Shown one piece after another: positions 60,018-64,000 of a stretch of DNA of 64,000 nt. Every line of letters begins with the position of its first letter. Within the stretch, counting starts at the first letter, position 1. Position numbers and translations under genes: made by a program. Source of the DNA: Spirochaetota bacterium (GTDB lineage Bacteria > Spirochaetota > GWE2-31-10 > JAFGQB01). The stretch is from NCBI GenBank assembly GCA_016935915.1, contig JAFGQB010000058.1, positions 2,496 to 66,495 of the forward strand. Direction: 5' to 3'. The notes under the pieces are model-generated. The model was not told the DNA's origin. It searched no databases and saw only the letters and a list, made by a program, of their open reading frames with translations.

Positions 60018-61136
60018 TTATAAAACTTCTGATAAAATTTCAACGATCTTTTTGCTTGTCATCCCGTCGCCGTAAGGATTTTTCGCCTTTGACATTTTAT
60101 TATATATTTTTTTATTTCTCAATAATAGTGTTGTTTCTTTAATGATTTTATCATAATTTGTACCGACTAATTTAGCATTCCCTGCTTTTACCCCTTCCAT
60201 TCTTTCTGTAACATCCCTCATAACTAAAACAGGTTTGCCAAGGGACGGAGCCTCTTCCTGTATCCCTCCCGAATCAGTCAGAACAATGTATGATCTGTTC
60301 ATAAGATATATTAAATATGGATAATCAAGTGGTTCAATCAGATGGATATTTTTAATGCTCTTTAAAATGGTTTTAACGGTTTTTTGAACATTGGGATTTA
60401 GATGAACCGGATAGATAATTTCAACATCACTGTTTTTTTCAGCAATAAATTTCAATGCATTACAAATATTTTCAAACGGCTTGCCGAAACTTTCTCTTCT
60501 GTGACCTGTTACTAAAATTATTTTTTTGGAAAAGTCAGTAAAATTAAAAAAATCCAAATAATCATTCTCTTTTGTACTTTTTATTATATCCAGACCTAAA
60601 AATAAGGCATCAATCACAGTATTGCCTACTACCCAGATATTTTTGAATATATTTTCTCTGTTAAGATTTTTTTTTGCTTTTAATGTCGGTGCAAAATGAA
60701 AATCTGCAATATGACCTGTTAAAGTACGGTTTATCTCCTCTGGAAAAGGTGAATATTTATTATTGCTTCTTAAGCCTGCTTCCAGATGAGCAACAGATAT
60801 TTTATGATAATAACTTGCTAGAGTTGATACTAAAACCGTAGTGGTATCGCCCTGAACAAAAACAAGATCAGGTTTATAGTTACTTATGATTTTATTTACA
60901 CCTAATAATCCATCAGATGTAATGTCAAAAAGCGTTTGATCTGTCTTCATTAAATTTAGATCAAAATCAGGTTTTATTTTAAAAAAATCAAGTATTTGAT
61001 CAAGCATCTGTCTATGCTGGGCTGTGATGCAGACCTTTATTTCAAATTTATCTTTATGTTCATAGAATTCTTTTATTAAAGGAGACATTTTAATTGCTTC
61101 AGGTCTGGTGCCGAAAATAAACAATATTTTTTTCAT
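60018..61136 (-). CDS. wecB: UDP-N-acetylglucosamine 2-epimerase (non-hydrolysing)
   Basis: 372 aa. KILFIFGTRPEAIKMSPLI, HLEAGLRS, DSGGIQEEAPSLGKPVLVMR. Confidence 0.93.
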   Translation of the reverse strand: MKKILFIFGTRPEAIKMSPLIKEFYEHKDKFEIKVCITAQHRQMLDQILDFFKIKPDFDLNLMKTDQTLFDITSDGLLGVNKIISNYKPDLVFVQGDTTTVLVSTLASYYHKISVAHLEAGLRSNNKYSPFPEEINRTLTGHIADFHFAPTLKAKKNLNRENIFKNIWVVGNTVIDALFLGLDIIKSTKENDYLDFFNFTDFSKKIILVTGHRRESFGKPFENICNALKFIAEKNSDVEIIYPVHLNPNVQKTVKTILKSIKNIHLIEPLDYPYLIYLMNRSYIVLTDSGGIQEEAPSLGKPVLVMRDVTERMEGVKAGNAKLVGTNYDKIIKETTLLLRNKKIYNKMSKAKNPYGDGMTSKKIVEILSEVL

Positions 61137-61189
61137 GTTTTTATCCTTAAGTTTTAAAAAATCTAATTTTTTAAACCGTTTAATAAAAA

Positions 61190-62200
61190 TTATAAAAAGT
61201 TCTTAATATTAAAAAGATTTATACTATTATAATATTTCGCCAAATATTCAAGGTTTTTTACAAAACTTTTCGATAGTTTTTTGGGATGTCCCACAGCAGT
61301 TAAAAAACTTCGATTTTGCTTATCAGTTTTTTTTAATAGTTTGATAAATAAGTTTGATGATAATCCGTCAAGTGACAAAGGCGCATATGTTTTTTTAAAT
61401 AAATTTATTATTTTTTTAATTCTTTTTGATTTTTCACCATCATCAATTGGCAGAGGTTTACCATCACCTTTTTCATTTTCATATTTTTTTAAAAAATTAT
61501 AATCCAGGGTTAACTTGAATTTTTTTATTTTAATAGTTGTCAGAGGAATTTCATAAAAGGACCCTTCCGACTCTATCATTGGATCATTATGAAACTTCCA
61601 GAAAGCTTTTTTTGAATCCACACAAGAAAAATCAAAGTAATTATATTTTCCATGATTAATCATACCGGGTACAACGCTGAAATCATATATCAAACCATTA
61701 TTAATAAAAAGTTCCTTTAATGTTTCAAAAGGCTGAACTGCCCAGCCGCCTGCCCTGAAAGCTTTAATTTTATAATCAGATTTAACATCACTTAATGTTT
61801 CACTCAATAAGTTTAAGCCTTCATTAAAGACTTCCTTTAAATGATCTTTGTCCAGAGAATGAACTCTGTACTTTTCAAAAGATTTAAATCCCCATTCTCT
61901 CTCATTTATCTGATATGCATCTAGCCATTGAGGATGGAGGTGAAATTCAACATTATGCCCTGAGTCTGTTATTCTTTTGATTTGATCCGTGACTTTTAAA
62001 AAATCCCTGTGCTTGTGTTTTTTTAAGGTTAAAATATAAAGAGAATCGGCAAAAAATATAGCTTTTGAATTATATCGATTCAATATTTCCAATATTATAT
62101 TTGCGGGTTCAATTATGCATTTTTCAACAGTACCGCTTGATGTACCCAATGAAAGTTCATAATCAAAAGTTATAATTACATTTTTATCTGTTTTATTCAT
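61190..62200 (-). CDS. Polysaccharide deacetylase-like (carbohydrate esterase) protein, tentative
   Basis: 336 aa. VIITFDYE start and HNVEFHLHP histidine motif are reminiscent of the NodB-type/related deacetylase fold. Lies in a glycan locus. Confidence 0.4.
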   Translation of the reverse strand: MNKTDKNVIITFDYELSLGTSSGTVEKCIIEPANIILEILNRYNSKAIFFADSLYILTLKKHKHRDFLKVTDQIKRITDSGHNVEFHLHPQWLDAYQINEREWGFKSFEKYRVHSLDKDHLKEVFNEGLNLLSETLSDVKSDYKIKAFRAGGWAVQPFETLKELFINNGLIYDFSVVPGMINHGKYNYFDFSCVDSKKAFWKFHNDPMIESEGSFYEIPLTTIKIKKFKLTLDYNFLKKYENEKGDGKPLPIDDGEKSKRIKKIINLFKKTYAPLSLDGLSSNLFIKLLKKTDKQNRSFLTAVGHPKKLSKSFVKNLEYLAKYYNSINLFNIKNFL

Positions 62201-62206
62201 AATAAA

Positions 62207-63472
62207 TTATAATTTTTCAATAAGCTCAATATATTTTTCCGATAATTTTTTATATGAAAAATCCTTTATATCCTTTTCGGATTCAGTTTCATAATAAGGA
62301 TTTCTTTCCCAAAGTTTAAATATTTTAAAAATACAATTTTTGATACCCTGATAATTATCCTTATAAATAACAGAATATCCGAGCTTCTTACTGTTTATCA
62401 ATTGCTCGGTATCTCCGCCGAAATTAAGCGACAAAATAGGACGTTTTAGCATTGCGTACTCGAATATTTTGATTGAAATTATAAATTTCTGTGTCTCCGG
62501 CATGAAATGTAATGCCGTAAATGAATTATAAATTTCATTAAATAATCTGTCCTGAGAAATAAAATCATTAATAATTATATGACCATCTTCAATTAATCTT
62601 TTGTATCCTGCCCGAATGCACTTACTGTCATTCAAAGACAGGAATAATTTTATCTTTATTTCTTGCAATTTTCCAATGTTATCATTTACAACATCCAAAA
62701 AAGAAATCATGGGCTTATCTCTGTTGTTGCTCAAACTTCCTGCATAAATAAAGCTGAAATCCCTTTTGATTTTTCCCTTGTCTCTTGTTATTTCATCGAT
62801 CGATTCCTCATCAAAACCGTTATGAATTACTTCAACCTTTATCTTCTTATTTTTAATTTTATCACTTAAAATTTCAGCCAATCCTTTGGATATTGTTACC
62901 AATGCATTGCAGTTATTCAATGCAAATTCTTCAAATTTTAAACTTAAATTTTTTTGCCATTTGAATGGAAAATATCTGAACTCATTCCATTCATCACGAA
63001 AATCCTGAATTAATTTAATATCAGGAAGTTTTCTTTTTAAAATTCCAGCCCAATAATTTACCATGTAAGGTCCGCCGGTTGCTATTATCACTTCAATATT
63101 TTCTTTTTTTAAAAGTTTCAGACAGTACGGCATTAAAATTTTACCCCAGTCCTGCGCTTCATCGATGAAATAAAAAAAGTTCACGATTTTTAATATCTGA
63201 TTTCTGATTTTTGATAAAAAACGTCCGGAAAAATCATCAGAAAATTTTTTATATTTAAAATTATGGAAATAATTGGATTTAATCCTGTGAATTTTAATAT
63301 TTTCATTATCTATGTCATTGTGCCAGGGCTGATCAAACTGATTTTTCCATCTGACAGTAATTACATGAACAATGTATTTTTGCGACAGATATTTAACGAA
63401 CTTTGTCCATCTGTATGCACCGACATCAGAGTAAGGAGGAAATTTAAAAGAAATTAATAATAAATTTTTCAT
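62207..63472 (-). CDS. Glycosyltransferase (GT-B fold, GT4-like), tentative
   Basis: 421 aa. N-terminus KNLLLISFKFPPYSDVGAYRW and C-terminal region IKIFEYAMLKRPILS typical of GT-B enzymes. ATGA overlap with the upstream flippase gene. Confidence 0.55.
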   Translation of the reverse strand: MKNLLLISFKFPPYSDVGAYRWTKFVKYLSQKYIVHVITVRWKNQFDQPWHNDIDNENIKIHRIKSNYFHNFKYKKFSDDFSGRFLSKIRNQILKIVNFFYFIDEAQDWGKILMPYCLKLLKKENIEVIIATGGPYMVNYWAGILKRKLPDIKLIQDFRDEWNEFRYFPFKWQKNLSLKFEEFALNNCNALVTISKGLAEILSDKIKNKKIKVEVIHNGFDEESIDEITRDKGKIKRDFSFIYAGSLSNNRDKPMISFLDVVNDNIGKLQEIKIKLFLSLNDSKCIRAGYKRLIEDGHIIINDFISQDRLFNEIYNSFTALHFMPETQKFIISIKIFEYAMLKRPILSLNFGGDTEQLINSKKLGYSVIYKDNYQGIKNCIFKIFKLWERNPYYETESEKDIKDFSYKKLSEKYIELIEKL

Positions 63473-64000
63473 TTTTTTTGATTTTTTCTGAAACTAAAAG
63501 GCAACTCCACCAGTTTAAACAAATAACAAACAAATAAAGCACTTAAAATCAATAAAGTTTTTATAACAATCGATAAAATAAGATTATAAGGAATTTTTAA
63601 TATCAATAAATAATATACAGACAACATTACGATACTTACAAAAACCGTATAAATTAAAATTTTCCAATTAATCCTTAACTTAACAAATCTGCGGCTCCAG
63701 AAAAAAAGCCATAGAAAATAAATAATAAAACAGATCAAAGTTGTCCATGCAGCGGCAATTCTGTCATAAATCGGTATCAAAATCAAATTCAATATGAAGT
63801 TCGATCCGGCCTGTATTATTGATCCGACCAAAAAAATCCATGTTCTTTTATAAAATGAAATTAAATTATAAAAAGGCTTATAAAGGCTCTGGAATAAATA
63901 AGCGGCTGCCACAATCGGCACTATTTTATACGCTTCATAAAACTTTTCTGATGCCAGTATAGTGATTATCTCTTTTGAAAAAAAAGCAATACTGAAGGCT
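63469..64000 (-). CDS. wzx: Wzx-type (MOP superfamily) polysaccharide flippase, C-terminal part; 5' end lies beyond the right edge
   Basis: The listed start at 63921 is a GTG, and the frame stays open to nt 63999 (AFSIAFFSKEIITILASEKFYEAYKIVPIVAAAYLF...). Polytopic hydrophobic sequence typical of the C-terminal third of Wzx/RfbX proteins. Confidence 0.7.
   Translation of the reverse strand, partial: AFSIAFFSKEIITILASEKFYEAYKIVPIVAAAYLFQSLYKPFYNLISFYKRTWIFLVGSIIQAGSNFILNLILIPIYDRIAAAWTTLICFIIYFLWLFFWSRRFVKLRINWKILIYTVFVSIVMLSVYYLLILKIPYNLILSIVIKTLLILSALFVCYLFKLVELPFSFRKNQKK

Noticed and set aside
1-64000. Scan for CRISPR arrays, tRNA/rRNA genes, IS elements, integrases, reverse transcriptases or phage modules
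   Set aside because: No regularly spaced direct repeats, no tRNA-like GC-rich cloverleaf segments, and no ORFs with transposase, recombinase or RT motifs were recognised by eye. A proper tRNAscan or Infernal run would be needed to exclude small RNAs.

Overview
This is a visibly AT-rich, gene-dense chromosomal segment with about 55 CDS, very short spacers and many 4-nt start/stop overlaps. It appears to come from an anaerobic diderm bacterium. An ~900-aa extended GreA, loose spirochaete-type lipoboxes and an LRR surface protein make a spirochaete (Brachyspira-like) origin my best guess; this is inference only. From left to right the content is: clpX (5' partial) and lon; small housekeeping genes (PAP2, nitroreductase, rarD, apbE, tsaC); a glycan export locus (GT2, GT11 alpha-1,2-fucosyltransferase, wzt, wzm) next to two LptF/G-like permeases; GNAT and uvrB; a GH28 polygalacturonase; a small islet carrying an orphan yoeB toxin; nitroreductase, PFOR and trpS; an LRR protein; a 3-gene block with a two-domain AAA+ ATPase bounded by a short direct repeat; a TPR protein and long GreA; a Yej/Opp-like peptide ABC transporter directly downstream of rnfCDGEAB; glnN (type III glutamine synthetase); gatA and gatB; and a second glycan locus (wecB, deacetylase-like, GT, wzx partial). 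I recognised no rRNA, tRNA, CRISPR array, transposase, integrase or phage genes. The standout is at 55.3-60.0 kb. The four proteins that normally form the non-covalent Asn-transamidosome are encoded as two fusion polypeptides: GatA fused to an archaeal-type AspRS, and GatC fused to GatB. They sit immediately after the glutamine synthetase that makes the amide donor. All functional calls rest on motif recognition by eye. No database search was run.
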